The position numbers and the translations under genes were made by a program. Under the pieces are notes generated by a model. That model had not been told where the DNA came from and did no database searches. It was given only the letters and a program-made list of their open reading frames with translations. A stretch of DNA of 64,000 nt, from the NCBI RefSeq assembly GCF_006345805.1, contig NC_042998.1, positions 92,628,001 through 92,692,000 on the forward strand, in the 5' to 3' direction. The DNA is from Octopus sinensis (taxonomy: Eukaryota). Shown here piece after piece: positions 11,850 to 25,284 of this stretch; positions within the stretch are counted from its first letter, which is position 1; each line of letters opens with the position of its first letter.

Positions 11850-13080
11850 AGCTGAAATATTTGCAAACTCCTTTGTCCGATAGTATTCACGGTCTTCGTG
11901 TGCTAAACCCAGTTTCATTGCAGCCTCCAATGATGTAGCTCCAGGAATATTATATAGCAAAGCTCGCAGAATTGCTCTTGTTCCTTTAGTGATACAAAGT
12001 TGATACCCCCAATTGAGTGTGTATTACTTTTTCTGAGATGGCACATTTTCTCATTATTATCTCATGTGTAAAATTCAAGGAAATCAGTATAGAGTAATGT
12101 ATGTGCAGATGAGTTAGCTGGTGATTCCCGGTTAACTCGCTTTCCATTCATGAGAGTGGACCTGTCATGTGTGTGGATAACATGTTCAATATCATCATTG
12201 TCATTAAAATAAATGTATTGCTGTTGGGGTAAATGAACTGTAAGCTGTTTGACTGCAGGATATGAGCCATGTAATTTGAACCCTAAAATCCCCCGGACTG
12301 CTTCTGGTGAGGATACATTACGACCGTTAATATAATCTTCAATTTTATCTGTGTGTGTTGTTGTGCATTGGTTTGTCCGCTAATATTGATTGTCACCCGA
12401 TCATGACCTTTATGAATATATATGCTAATATATTTAACTGATTTTATAGATGCACATATCTCTACATTACAATGACCTCCATATTTGACTAAAAAGAAGG
12501 GGGAATATGGTACTACTGAACAATTATCTAATTCAACATTAGACTTTGCAAATGTAAAACAATTCTTTCGACCTGGGTAAAATGGATAGCCATTATAACT
12601 GTGTAAAGTATTTCCTGAAAGTCTCTTGGGAAATGTTTTTTATATTTCCCATCCACCATACATGTTGCATTGTGTTTATCTCTTCCACATGGACCAAATA
12701 GCATGATTTTGGTGACATGTTCAAATAGAATTGGTTGTGTTTGTGGATTTGGAAGTTCTGCATAAACAAACTTATCAAAATGTTCTGGATCTTTTTTTAA
12801 TATGAGCAACATATAACAATGGGGTTGTCCACTTTTTTGAAATTCTATAGTCCACATGTACCCTGCAACCTCTCCCAAAACATTCTCATGTAAGCGATCC
12901 CTAAGTTTCATATTAAATATTCTTTCAGTTAAATCTGGTCTGTTAGCTGGTGTCTGTCCCGGATAAAGTTCGTCTGTAATACCGGTCGAGCAACGAAAAT
13001 TCTGACACAAATGAAAATTAAATTACGGAGTTGAACTTGCACAGCAAGTAACTTGATCTCAGATCATGTGCTGAAAGAAA
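11850..13080 (-). pseudogene. Helitron Rep (HUH) domain and linker relic
   Basis: PGQTPANRPDLTERIFNMKL...VAGYMWTIEFQKSGQPHCYMLLIL (Rep motif EFQKRGLPH), then DNCSVVPYSP..KYGGHCNVEICASIKSVKY..KGHD and SPEAVRGILGFKLHGSYPAVKQLTVHLP. Frameshifted. Confidence 0.9.
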
Positions 13081-13082
13081 AA

Positions 13083-13228
13083 CAATTGCAGCGCGGAAGA
13101 TGATCGTAAGCCATTTAGGAACACGCAAAAAACCGTTAGATTCACTTCAACATTTAAACTTAATTTGTGTCAAAATATTTGAAGTGAATCTAACGGGGTT
13201 TTTTTGTTTTCCTTCGAAGCTGCAATTG
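13083..13228. repeat. Small nested inverted repeat
   Basis: Perfect 18-bp arms 13133-13150 and 13179-13196 (ccgttagattcacttcaa), plus outer 10-bp arms caattgcagc / gctgcaattg. Confidence 0.85.
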
Positions 13229-13230
<2 letters not shown>

Positions 13231-13314
<84 letters not shown>

Positions 13315-13322
13315 ACACATAT

Positions 13323-13386
<64 letters not shown>

Positions 13387-13443
13387 ACAGATAGATACAT
13401 ACATACATACATACATACATACATACATACATACATACATACA

Positions 13444-13475
<32 letters not shown>

Positions 13476-13482
13476 CACACAT
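13231..13482. repeat. Compound (AC)n-(TAGA)n-(TACA)n microsatellite
   Basis: Direct read. Confidence 0.97.
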
Positions 13483-13564
13483 ATAATGTAAAGAAACCAC
13501 AAAAACCCTTGTGAAAAATAGTAACCCAGGATTTTGTGGATGAAATACATAAATATATTACTAA

Positions 13565-14730
13565 CTAGCAGGAGTACCCGGCATTGCTCGGCTTATTAAA
13601 TACTCAGCAAGGGTCTTAATAGGTTCTACCATTTTTTTCGTTGTACATCTCTTTGAATATTTTTTGCGTTGAGTTACAAACATTGACATTGAGAACGAAG
13701 TGATTTTTCCCATAGACCATAAATAAAGTAGTAACAACAAGGTAAAAAGCCTTGGAGAGGCTACAAGAAATTCACAGGGAGTGCAACAATTGAATGTAAA
13801 GTGACCCTGAAAAGGGCCGTGTTATCGTTCTCACAATAGCCCCGAAAAGGATTGTAAACCGTTCACATGTATAAGCGTCCTTTTTCGTTCACATGAAAAG
13901 CAGTGGGTGCAGTGATGCCAAAACTCAAGTCATCTGCAAGGACAAAATAATAAAAAAAAGACTTAAGAAAAACAGGTAATTTTGAAAGAATGGCAACAAT
14001 AGTACTCACTCACCATAAACCGGTTCGGCAGGGAAGCTGTGTCATGTTGGACGGCCTACAGTACCTCATGGTAGACGACATTTTCCGTTTTGGCTTTCGG
14101 GGCGAACACGAAAAGGTTGGTTTTTTTTTGCATCGGACTCTTGAACATCCGACGTATAATTGGCCGTGCGAGAAGCATGGTTGGCCTAAATGGAAGCTTG
14201 TCGTTGTTAGTGTTTGGCCTTGGGACTTGTTGATGGACATGGAACTGAAGTCGACGCAAGAGACAGGGGCATTGCTTCTCTGATAGAGTACGAGGTATCC
14301 TGAGTATAAAGACGTCTCCGATGCCGCAACCCGTAAGAATTGTTGCTTCAATAATATGAGGCAGCGCATTTTTTTACCACTAACCACGTTCTGTTGCACA
14401 GACGTGGTGGCTCCAGGTTACTCAGCGGCATGACCAGAGCCCCAATTCTGAGGTGCAGCTGATGAGGCGGTAGTCCGGAGGGGGTCCAAGGAATTGAGGA
14501 ATTCTGTGGGAAAATAAACGGCCTCTTCTTGGTCCACAACAGTGTCCACAGACTTGTAGGTGTGAAGGTTTCCAGGAAGGCTTCGCAGTAGGTCTTCATT
14601 GAGTTTCGCAACAAATGTGTTTTTGGGAGCTAATATGGCACTTTCGCACAGCCAATTCAGGTTTTGGTAGTTTATGTGCAGATCGGAAAAAACAGCGGTC
14701 GTAAGGTTGTCCACAGTGTCCACCTGTGGA
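13565..14730 (-). mobile_element. Helitron 3' part: PIF1-type helicase relic plus intact 3' end
   Basis: LAPKN...LNEDLL...YFPTEFLNSL..SGLPPHQLHLRIGALVM..NLEPPRLCN and SMSINKSQGQTL...FSHGQLYVGCSRV. Minus-strand hairpin CCGAGCAATGCCGGG (13577-13591) followed by CTAG|T at 13568-13564. Confidence 0.92.
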
Positions 14731-14937
14731 CACTGTGGAAAACGCTATAACCAGTTAATGTGTACCACTGGGCATGCGTAACAGGACACACAGAGAAACA
14801 CCTTTTCTTTTAAATATATATACTAATGATCCGATATACACACACACACATATGTATATATATATACTGGAAAATGTGTGAAACCTTGGTTCAACTCGGT
14901 GTATTTGAAAAAGGGAAAGAATGACTTCAGTGGTAGT

Positions 14938-17116
14938 TCTAATTCTTATCTATAATCGTAAAAATTAAAAGTAATTCAAATTCAATGTTTCCTTCAAACA
15001 ATAAATTTCTATAGAGATTACGATTTAAATTCCAATCTATGAAAAGTTTCTATTCTACAATATTCTTAAAAGAACGAAAAATTATCCAGCAACTCGGGCT
15101 AATACAAACGAGCCTGGTAGGTGTAAAAGACTAACTAGTATCTCCACAGTTGTTATTTGATTGCTGTTATTGTGTGCATCTGTGTATAAAGATCAGTTGT
15201 GTTTTGCAGAGTTGTTTTATTTTTACCCTTAATGCAGAAATTGTGAAAGACATAGTGCTAGATAGAAAAAAAAAATAATAAACCACCTGGGGCTAGAAAT
15301 ATTGCAGAAAAACGTGAAATTTTTCGAGCAGGCACACCAACTCCGTCATTGAAACCTAAAGTTTATATTATTTAAAGCAGTTAACAAATGCAGTGTCAAA
15401 GCTGTGGACATGATGAAGGAAGTAACAGCCTTAATAGAAGAAATTGCCAGGAACTATTGCAGTGCTTTGCTGAAACCGACAGCGTGTTTGCTTCTAGACA
15501 AGAGAGGGGTCGAAACAGTTTTCAGGAGTCTCAAGCACAATATAAAATGACCTAATACAAGCGATTGGAAATGTCATCTCTGATGAAATTAGAACCTCAG
15601 TTGATAAAGCTCCATTTATGTCTGTACAAGCCGAAGAAACTACAGCCTGTGCAATGCATGCCCAACTGTCTATCACAATAAGATATGTATATGAAGGCAA
15701 AACATATGAACGATTTCTTGGATTCTATGAAGCCAGTGATGATAAAAGTGCTACAAGACTGGCTGATGTGATCGCAACTGTTTTCGAACCCCTTCAGTGA
15801 CACTACAGATAAATTAATGAGCCAGACTTACGACGGAGCAGCTGTAATGACAGGAACGCTAAACGGAGTACAGAGCAAGCAAAGGGATAAAGAATTTAAA
15901 CACGCGAACTTCATTCATTACTTTGCGCATAAACTTAACTCAATCTTGAGTAAATGTGCCGAGAAGGTGAGTGCAGTAAAAATGTTTTGTTTTTTCTCTT
16001 TAAGCGCATTTAGTAAATTTACTTCTTTCAGTACCAAGCGGAAAGCGTTTTCAGGCAGTTTAATGTCAGTATTTCATCGCTGTGAGAAACAAGATGGTGC
16101 TATAGATCAAGAACTGTATCATCCGTAAAAGTTGAATGATTTCACATCCATACTTTCCATCAATTGCTTTCATAACGTACTCGCTCAGACAGGAAAAGTC
16201 TTTGATATCCTACAGTGTAAGCTAGTCGATATAAAGCATGGTTAGAGTAAATTAAATGCCTTCATTCACTGTGTTGAAGGTTATCGTGAGGACGAACATT
16301 AGAAATACATTCTGCGCGATACAGCTGTTGTCATTGAACAGGCAGAAGAGTCCGGACCTCTTCCTAGAAAAATAGTCAGAGATGCACATATCAATTACAA
16401 AACTACCTATTTTGAAATAATCGATAACATTCTAATGTCCGTACGAGAGAGATTTTCTGACATATGCATTTTTCTGAATTACTAGACGTTAATATGTTGA
16501 AGGAGTTTGCTGACTCATTTCCTATGCAACATATGGACTCTCTAGAAAACAAGTATCCCTGTATTTTTGACTGTAAGAGCTTAGTGAACGAGCTAAAATA
16601 TTTGCATATTGATGACAATGATTTCAAAAAGTATAAATCAATCAACTCCATTTTAGAATTACTGTATAAAAATGAACTTGACTTCCGCTATACCGGAATC
16701 CATTCAACTAATTAAGTTAGTGCTGACCATCCCCTTATCATCAGTCACTAATAAGAGAAGTTTCTCAACGTTGGATAGAATTCTCATATATCCGAGAGGC
16801 ACAATGGCCCAAGAAAGGCTGTCTTCACTGGCTCGTATTTCTGTTGAGAAAAGCATTTTGAACGACTTGGAGAACAAGAAGGAGCTGCATGACAAGATAT
16901 TAAGCGAGTTCACCATCAAACCAAGACGTCTGGGGTTCATGTATAAATGAAGTGAGTAATTTATATATTAAAACTATATTTCTGTCTTATTGTTAAATTA
17001 TCAGTGCACATATAAGTCTGCGGTGTGCATTACGTCTCTTACCTTCTTTTATATATGTATCATATGCGAAATTTGTGATGAGCTCGAGTGACTTTGATGA
17101 CTTGGAGTCGCCTCTA
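14938..17116 (+). mobile_element. hAT transposon (ZMYM1-like/DUF4371 type), defective
   Basis: GHDEGS...ELLQCF; SVQAEETT...QLSITIRYV...ERFLGF; SQTYDGAAVMTG..NGVQ..IHYFAHKLN; C-terminal dimerisation motif LVLTIPLSSVTNKRSFSTL...QERLSSLARISVEK. Degenerate 3' TIR ggagtcgcctcta at about 17104-17116. Confidence 0.88.
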
Positions 17117-17149
<33 letters not shown>

Positions 17150-17265
17150 CATATATACATACATACTCACATACACACACACATTAGTGGAGTAGACATG
17201 TTTATATGTTTATACTGCAAAGTCAGAAAGAAAAAATGGCACAATCAGGCCAATCATTATATATG

Positions 17266-17432
<167 letters not shown>

Positions 17433-17967
17433 ATTTGATGTAGGTATACTTTTGCGCTCCAGCTTTTTATTTATTTTTTCTGTTTCTGTTTTCCGAGCTC
17501 TAATCAAGACTCGACTATTCAAAGTTTCCAGAAAACAGTAGACCTTTTAACTGGGATAGCATGTGCTTCTCTGAAAATGAAATACCACGATTAGGGCACA
17601 CGGAGCGAGCAGTATAGGCAGAACCAGTTGCAGATGTGAGTAAGTTCACCTGTGCAGTTGCGTCTTCCAATGAAGCACTGTCTTTGTCCTGGAAATGAAG
17701 GTTTTGTTTTGACCATACTAGAGCCTATCTTCGTCATCGTAAGGGGCACATAATACAGAAACACACTATCCTCAGAAGAGAGGGGAGAGGTGATTCAAAA
17801 GGAGTTCATACTGTTTGTCCTCCTTTCACAGAAGCATATCGACAGACGCAACATATACTAAAAAGATAGTAATGATTTCGGAGTCACTGTCACTAACCTG
17901 AAATTGATAATAGACTCTACATCATGTATAGAAATCTTTCTTCGGTTAATTATAATTTAAAGTGCTT

Positions 17968-18052
17968 ACATGTATGTATGTATGTATGTATGTATGTATG
18001 TATGTATGTATGTATGTATGTATGTATGTATGGATGGATGGATGGATGGATG
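17968..18052. repeat. (TATG)n-(GATG)n microsatellite
   Basis: Direct read. Confidence 0.95.
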
Positions 18053-18611
18053 TGTGATATATATGTATGAACATGCATACGTACATGCATCTATATATAT
18101 GTAGAGAAGGGTAGGGGTTGATGGATAGATAAATAGATAAAAATGTATGCACATATGTATGCGTATATTTATGATATATATCACATACACATATATATTT
18201 ACACACATATACACGCGCTTACACAAACGTCCATACACACACACGTACATGCATTTTCACTTTATTTCTAAAGTTAGCAATGTAACTATGCATTTTATAC
18301 CAATATAAGTTTTATGTGTCTACAGAGCCGGAGATTGTTTATCTATCATGTTGAACGCACTCAATTAATATTGTAATTGACAAGTTAAGTAATGCAAGTG
18401 ATTACAGAGATTAGCAAAGTAGAATAATCTAGTGATAAAAAAAATATACAAATTGTAAATTACGGTCTCCAGATATAGATTTAAGAATGATGCGTTTATT
18501 TTTGATACATTAATGTCAAATTTATTTTACAGAAATCAAAATGTTTTACGTTTGCACGCGCACCCATACCCATCCACCACCACCCCCCACACACATACAC
18601 ACACAAATACA

Positions 18612-20200
18612 AGCCGTATATACCCGGCTATAAATCGCACTTTTTTTCCTGAAATTTTCATTTAAAGTTGGAGGTGCGACTTATTAGCGCATCTTATAAA
18701 AGTATCTTCAGATATTTTCTGGGTACAAGCCACGTCTGAATTTCCGACACTTGGAATAACCGAAAAAATCCGAATCTCTAATTCCGAAGCCGAGTAGTAC
18801 ACGGAAGACGATCTTTAGATATTTCTTTATATATTTTTTTACTTTTGTTAGTAGGAAATGAACAATTAATTTTTAAAAAGTGAGTTTAATGCTTGTACCG
18901 TATCTGTCTTTCTTTTAATTCGACGTCCTGTTATTTGTTAACATGAAGAGTAAGAGGAATTCGTACGATATCACTTTCAAGCTGAAAGTTGTTGAATACG
19001 CGAAGTCGCATTCGAATTGAGCTGCAGAAAGAGAATATAGGGTCTCAGAAAAAATGGTCAGAGATTGGCGTTTGAAAGAAGAGAAAAAGAAATCTGTTGA
19101 CATCAAATCATTAAACAAAATTAGGATAGAAATGAGTCCCAATGAGATGGAGACGATTTTGAGAGTTTGGGTGACTGAACTACGCACGAATGGACTTGTC
19201 GCCACGAGAAACATCGTTAGATTGCGGGCTCCCCAAGTTACTAAAGAACATGGTATATCCGACTTTAAAGCATCCCCTGGTTGGTGTACGAGGTTTATGA
19301 AACACCACAATCTTACACTGAGACAGAGGGCTCATATCGCGCAGAAATTACCCGCCGACGTAGAGGGCAAAATTGATTCTTTCCATCGGTCTGTAATAGA
19401 CGTACGAAAGAGCCACGAGTTTGCCTTGGAAGCAATCTGTAATATGGTCAAAACACCCCCTTTTTCTTTTCGATGTAGTTGAAACTCGGACAGTCAGCAG
19501 TAAAAACTACGGGGAGCGACAAGGCCCACTTCACCGCAATTTTGGCTTGTATGGCTGACGGCACGAAACTTACCTCGGCTATTGTTTTCAAAAGAAAGAC
19601 TTTCTCAAAAGAGAAGTTTCCGAAGAGCACAGTGGTGTATGTTCAAGAGAAAGGGTGGGTGGATGAAACCGCATTGATAAACTAGTTAAACGACGTGTGC
19701 TTCAAGCGCCCAGGGGCTATGCCTAATTCAAAATTGCTTCTTGTATGGGACTACAAAGCTGTGATTCCAGGTGGATGAACATCTGTACTTTAGCCACTCG
19801 ACGTGTCGGTGAACAAGCCTTTAAAGTGAACATGAATGCCAAGTGGAATGAATGGATGATTAATGGTGGCAAGAAAATGACAAAAGCTGGGAACTTTAAA
19901 CGCCCTTGCCTTAAGTCAGATTCATGAGCTGAAATACTGAGTAAACTTGTGATTAAATCAGTTTTAAAGTGTGGGATCTCAAATTCCATGAATGGTACGG
20001 AAGACGACGAACTATATAATGGCTTCGCCCGTGCAAGAAATGTTAGGCCCAGTGCTTCATCAGTTAATGAAGATCAGACAACGAGACCATCACAATAGGG
20101 GAGTTTTACTAGTTATATGGTGAAAGTGGCGATGAAAGTGGTGATTAGTATAATTCGATTCTTCCTTCGTTTATTCTTCCGGTTTTTGTCACAATGTATC
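18612..20200 (+). mobile_element. pogo/Tigger (POGK-like) DNA transposon, defective
   Basis: 5' TIR-like ccgtatatacccggctataaatcgcac. ATG at 18943 gives MKSKRNSYDITFKLKVVEYAK (Brinker-type DBD), followed by a CENP-B HTH (FKASPGWCTRFMKHHNLTLR) and a DDE region (TTGSDKAHFTAILACMADGTKL; VIPGG*TSVL*PLDVSVNKPFK). Stops and frameshifts present; 3' TIR not found. Confidence 0.9.
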
Positions 20201-20409
20201 ATACACTTCCTTACAATTTAAAACAGTTTATTGTATTTTTTCCAATCATAGCATGTATGACTGCATGGTTTTGTGTGTCAGTTGCTGCAAAAATGTCCTT
20301 ATAATGAAAGACATAAAGCAAACAGTAAAGGGAAAGTATCGAGGCAGTTAGTCGCAATAAAATAAACAAGTCAACTAGCGTAATCAAGGATAAAATTATG
20401 AACATTATA

Positions 20410-20790
20410 GGCGTAGGAGTGACTGCGTGGTAAGTAGCTTGCTTACGAACCACATGGTTATGGGTTCAGTCCTACTGCATGGCACATTGGGAAAGTGTCC
20501 TCTACTATGGCTTCGGGCCGACCAAAACCTTGTGAGTGGAATTGGTAGACGGAAACTGAAAGAAGCCTGTCGTATGTATGTGTGTGTGTGTGGGGGGGTG
20601 TATGTATGTATGTATGCGTGTGTGTATATGTTTGTGTGTCTGTGTTTACGTCCCCGTAACTTAGCGGTTCGGCAAAAACGACCGATAGAATAAGCACTAG
20701 GCTTACAAAGAATAAGTCCTTGGATCGATTTGCTCGACTAAAAGGCAGTGCTCCAGCATGGCCACAGTCAAATGACTGAAACAAGTAAAA
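20410..20790 (+). mobile_element. tRNA-derived SINE family B with internal microsatellite
   Basis: Head gtggtaagtagcttgc...gggttcagtcc, a (TG/TATG)n spacer, then tail ccccgtaacttagcggttcggcaaaa...gactgaaacaagtaaaag. Matches the reverse complement of 51199-51640. Confidence 0.8.
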
Positions 20791-21049
20791 GGGTAAAAGT
20801 GTAACGGTTTCTAAAATGCATGGACTTAATGGGCTAACAGTTGTTGTAAATCACCTTCAGCTTACTGAAAGCTCGGTTGCCGAATAACAACTATGTCGGC
20901 GCGATTCCTAATCGAACTTTGCTCTCCAACATCAAAAAGGCCGCTGCGACTTAAAGTCGGGTCAATCATAAAAATTCCCGATTTGAACCTTTAAGTCGGG
21001 GCGCAAGACGTTTTATAGTCGAGTATATGTGGTACATAAATATATACCT

Positions 21050-21051
21050 GC

Positions 21052-21116
<65 letters not shown>

Positions 21117-21184
21117 CATCCATCATCCATCCATCCATCCATCAATCCATCCATCCATCCATCCATCCATCCATCCATCCATCC

Positions 21185-21228
<44 letters not shown>

Positions 21229-21230
21229 GC
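21050..21230. repeat. (TCTA)n-(TCCA)n-(TCTA)n microsatellite
   Basis: Direct read. Confidence 0.95.
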
Positions 21231-21438
21231 CTGCTTGCCTGCCTGTCTATCTGTTTGTCTGTAAGAGGTACTAAAGTCGTCAAGAACTCATCTGTCAGTT
21301 AAACACATTTGAAATCTGATGATTACACTATGCATGAAAACGCTAATTTAACTTTATGAGCATTACAAAATATTTTTTCAATGTGAAAATACCATAATAA
21401 AAACCGTGAAAACCAGTCCATGTTTTAACTTTATTCAA

Positions 21439-21478
<40 letters not shown>

Positions 21479-21495
21479 TTTATATATATATATAA

Positions 21496-21971
21496 ATGAA
21501 AAAAATACAAGAATCCTTGTCTAAAACTGTGCGCTTCACAGTTCCAGCGATGCGGTGTTTGGCTGTTGTGCGCATGCTCACATGTCCGAGATAGGAAGCT
21601 TAATGCTTGGGAGAGACAGCATTGTCGTTCACGCAATGCTTGTGAAAGGTAGTGTTTCTTTTTGACTCCGCATGTTGTGCTTAAACGTGTTTATATTCTT
21701 CAATGGGATAAAGTGTAGAATTAGATTGTTATCCTGCTTCCAGCTTCGGTGTTGTTTGAAAAATAGGGCAGATTTTCCCCACTTATTTTGTGATTTGGAG
21801 GGGATTTTTGAAAAACAAGGGGGAATTCGCGGCAGTGTTAAGTGAACAAATTAAACACAGTACTCGGCAGTGGCTAAGACGCGAACCAATCAAGTTTATG
21901 TATAAATATTATTTTCATATGTTTGTTATCTTTTACACAATATTAAAACAGCAGCTGTAAATTTTCTGAAG
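21496..21971. mobile_element. Interspersed repeat, second copy at 30137-30594
   Basis: Collinear ~480-bp match from atacaagaatccttg to attttctgaagc. Fused to the truncated hAT at 21970. Confidence 0.8.
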
Positions 21972-23218
21972 CTTGTATTAGGTAATTTCATATTGTGTTT
22001 GAGACTTCTGAAAACTATTTCGACTCCTCTCTAGTCTTGAAGCAAACACGCTGTCGAACTGCAATAGTACATGGTAATTTCTTCTATTAAAGATGTCACT
22101 TCCTTCATCATGTTCACTTAAAGGCAACTCTTGTTTTCACAGGTATAACACTGCGTTTGTTAATTGCTTTAGATATTGCTTATTTTCTTCAATTGCTTTG
22201 TTATGCCGTTCTTTTTCCAGTTTGGCAGATTCACTAATAGCTGTCACAATACCGTACAGTCCGAAAGTTTTCAAGCTTTTATAACTACTTAAACGACTCA
22301 CTGTTTTACTGTGATGTTTACAGTCACTCAGGATGTTTTTATAATTATTAACGCCTCCATCTCTCTACGACTGATTAGCTTTTGGTTGAAACAACAAACA
22401 TGGCCAGCAGTAAACTTTCACAAAGCCAATCAATTTGTCCATACCATTTCATCTGGAATGTTCGAGTTCCAACTTTAGCTTTCAATGAAGGAGTCGGTGT
22501 GCCTGCTGAAAGATTTTTTTTCGCGATATTTCTAGCTCCAAATGGCTTATTTTTTTACATTTATCACTATGTCCTCTTTTTCTACGTTACGGGTAAACAT
22601 AAAGCAGCCCTGCAAAACACAACTGATCTTTACACACAGGTGCACAGAATAACAGCAACCAAATAGTGACAGCTGAGTGCACAACGAACATCAGCAATCT
22701 AACTGTCGCCTGAACTCTTGACAAGAAATGCCAGTTAGTCTTTTACATCTATCAGGCTCGTTCGTATTAGCTCGAGTTGCTGGATAATTTGTCGTTTTCT
22801 TAAGAATGTTATAGAACAGAAACTTTTCATAGATTAGAATTTAAATCGTAACCCCAGGAGAAATTTATCGTTTGAAGAAAACATTGAATTTGAATTACTT
22901 TTAATTTTTACGATTATAGATAAGAATTAGGGCTGTAACTTCCGAGCCCGAGTCAGGTGCGTGTGAACGATGTCGAAAGAACATCTACAATGAATGATAT
23001 TTTTTGCAACTGGGTACATCTAAGACGATCACCAGACGCTGAATGAAAATAAATGAACTACGATTAGGCTCCGTAGAAGGAGCCCCACTTATTGGTTACA
23101 ATTACACACTTGAAGTCGGTGTTGGCAGAAATTAAATCAGCTTGCAAATACACGTTCACTTTACCAAATCTATACTTGGGTTAAGCTCGAACAGCCCGAG
23201 TGCCGGAGTCGCCACTGA
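21970..23218 (-). mobile_element. 5' half of a second copy of the 14938-17116 hAT family
   Basis: Its reverse complement aligns with 14938-15560. It has a 5' TIR CAGTGGCGACTCC ending at 23218 and retains the N-terminal segment (WYGQIDWLCES) that is deleted in the first copy. Confidence 0.85.
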
Positions 23219-23261
23219 TATATATATATATCAGTGCCGTAGTCGCCACATATATATATAT

Positions 23262-23560
23262 ATGTTGGCATCCTTTTTGTCTCGGGAGACAATGGAGTTG
23301 CGCATAAAATAATCTAGTCCGGCTTTTACATTTCATGTCCTAATACATTTCCTGCTGTGGATGTGTAGTCCTATCCTGGACAAACACTCCCTCTGGCAGG
23401 TGCCGCAAATGTAGCGAAGACTGTTCCTGGCTGGTTGCAATGTCATAGTTTCTTGTTGACGTCCTTTCTTGTCTTTCCATTTCTCATCTCTCTCTCTGTC
23501 ACTCCTTTGTATTCCCTCTTTTACGGTACGTCGCCAATCTCCACGGTTGCTGGCAACTGC
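23262..23560 (-). mobile_element. RTE-clade LINE 3' end
   Basis: AVASNRGDWRRTVKEG...YICGTCQRECLSRIGLHIHSRKC* (RTE C-terminal motif) and an RTE-type 3' end ccattgtctcccgagacaaaaaggatgcc. Confidence 0.85.
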
Positions 23561-23566
23561 TTCCCC

Positions 23567-23567
<1 letters not shown>

Positions 23568-23629
<62 letters not shown>

Positions 23630-23658
23630 TGTATGTATGTATGTATGTATGTGTGTGT

Positions 23659-23718
<60 letters not shown>

Positions 23719-23720
23719 TA
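23568..23720. repeat. Compound (TA)n-(TATG)n-(GA)n microsatellite
   Basis: Direct read. Confidence 0.95.
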
Positions 23721-24167
23721 CATGCATGCATGCTTCCTCGTGTTACGGCTCTCTCAGATTACAGGATTTACGAGAATTGTTAAGTATAACCACTAATTTT
23801 GAGATACGGTCTGTAATTTCGCTTTTTACGGAAACTCGGATAAATGTTAAGAATTTCAAAAGCTACACTTTCTTCTTAGCCAAAAGGCTGATTCTCGGCA
23901 TTTTAGCAAAGATCAAAGTATTTAACAAGTTGAAAAACTATAATCTCGACACACACATCCATACATAAATACGTACCTACGTACGTGTGTATGCGTGTGT
24001 GTATTTATGTATCTGTGTGTGTGTGTGTGTGTGTGTGTGTGATAAATACTTGCGGCATATGAAATGGAATTTTTCACTGTGAACATTTGTCTATTTATCT
24101 ATCTAGTTAGCTTTATGTATGTATGTATGTATGTATGTGTGTGTGTGTGTGTTGTGTGTGTGTGTGT

Positions 24168-24235
<68 letters not shown>

Positions 24236-24356
24236 CGCGTGTAGAGTTCAAACGGGTCACTCACAAAGCGACAAGACTTTTTGAGTTGAGAGAGTTCCGC
24301 TGTTTGTAAATATGCGGTTGAGTTGGAGTGTTGGTTGATCTGTCGATGCATAAACC

Positions 24357-24762
24357 CAGGGCCGGATTAAGACATAGATTTTGGTGCCCCCATAAAAGAT
24401 TATGTAATTCAAAATATAAACAATAACTAACCATAAAATAAATATTTTCTTTTCAAAACGAAACAAAATAGTAAGAGGGAAAATAGTGTTTATTTTTGTA
24501 TATTTCCATTTTATTTATATTTGAAAAGTTTCTTCCTACTTTTTAGAATTGCAAAGTCTTTGATCAGATCCTCAAAATTAATCGTAGCTAACACATCTGC
24601 ATCTATATTTAGTAGAGATAAAGGCATCCCGAATATTATTTTAGCAAGTTTAAAGTAATTTCTTTTGTCCTGTAAACAATTTACCATTTCTGTGGTGCCC
24701 CACTTCCTTCCTTTGATGCCCTAAGCACGTGCTTATTTTGCTTAAAGGTTAATCCAGCGCTG
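24357..24762. mobile_element. hAT-type MITE with TIRs and 8-bp TSD
   Basis: TIRs CAGGGCCGGATTAA / TTAATCCAGCGCTG (2 mismatches). TSD cataaacc (24349-24356) / catacacc (24763-24770). Confidence 0.85.
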
Positions 24763-24829
24763 CATACACCTTAGTGTGTGCATCGATATCACATGAAAAT
24801 CTCAGATGGAGAATTTTGGGAGTGTCTTA

Positions 24830-25210
24830 CTGTGCCACTAATAGATTTGGAGAATCCGCTCCAGGTTATTTTCCCCTTTCTCCGTGAAACCCAGTATTTC
24901 TAAGTTTTTGTGCAAATTCGTTGGTACATAATCTAATGAACCTATGACGATAGGTACAAATGAGAATTCATAGTCAGGCTACAAGAGCTGTAAGTTCCGC
25001 ATTAATTCACCTTAAATGTTCTCTTTTTCCTGGACTTTTGATTGTACGTTCACACCCGCTGGAAGCTGGCCTGTACATCAGGGTATAAATTTTGTTCCCT
25101 GTCCCACAGAACAATATCAGGTCTGTTTTGCTTGCATCAAGTTGATATTTTTATAGGGGTGTTCCACCAGTATTTCTTGTTTTCAAAGGTGTGAATACCT
25201 GATGGTTCTG
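24830..25210 (-). pseudogene. C-terminal restriction-like endonuclease relic of an R4/NeSL-like non-LTR element
   Basis: Minus-strand translation ..KTDLILFC....GELMRNLQLL*PDYEFSFVPIVIGSLDYVPTNLHKNLEILGF resembles the PD...EK..KY..L...IPI.IG.LG region. Confidence 0.55.
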
Positions 25211-25284
25211 ACATATCTTTGATGTACACGTCAAGGCAGTTCTTCTAGCCGATGACATTGTAAATATTTTTTGCAATCATATTT

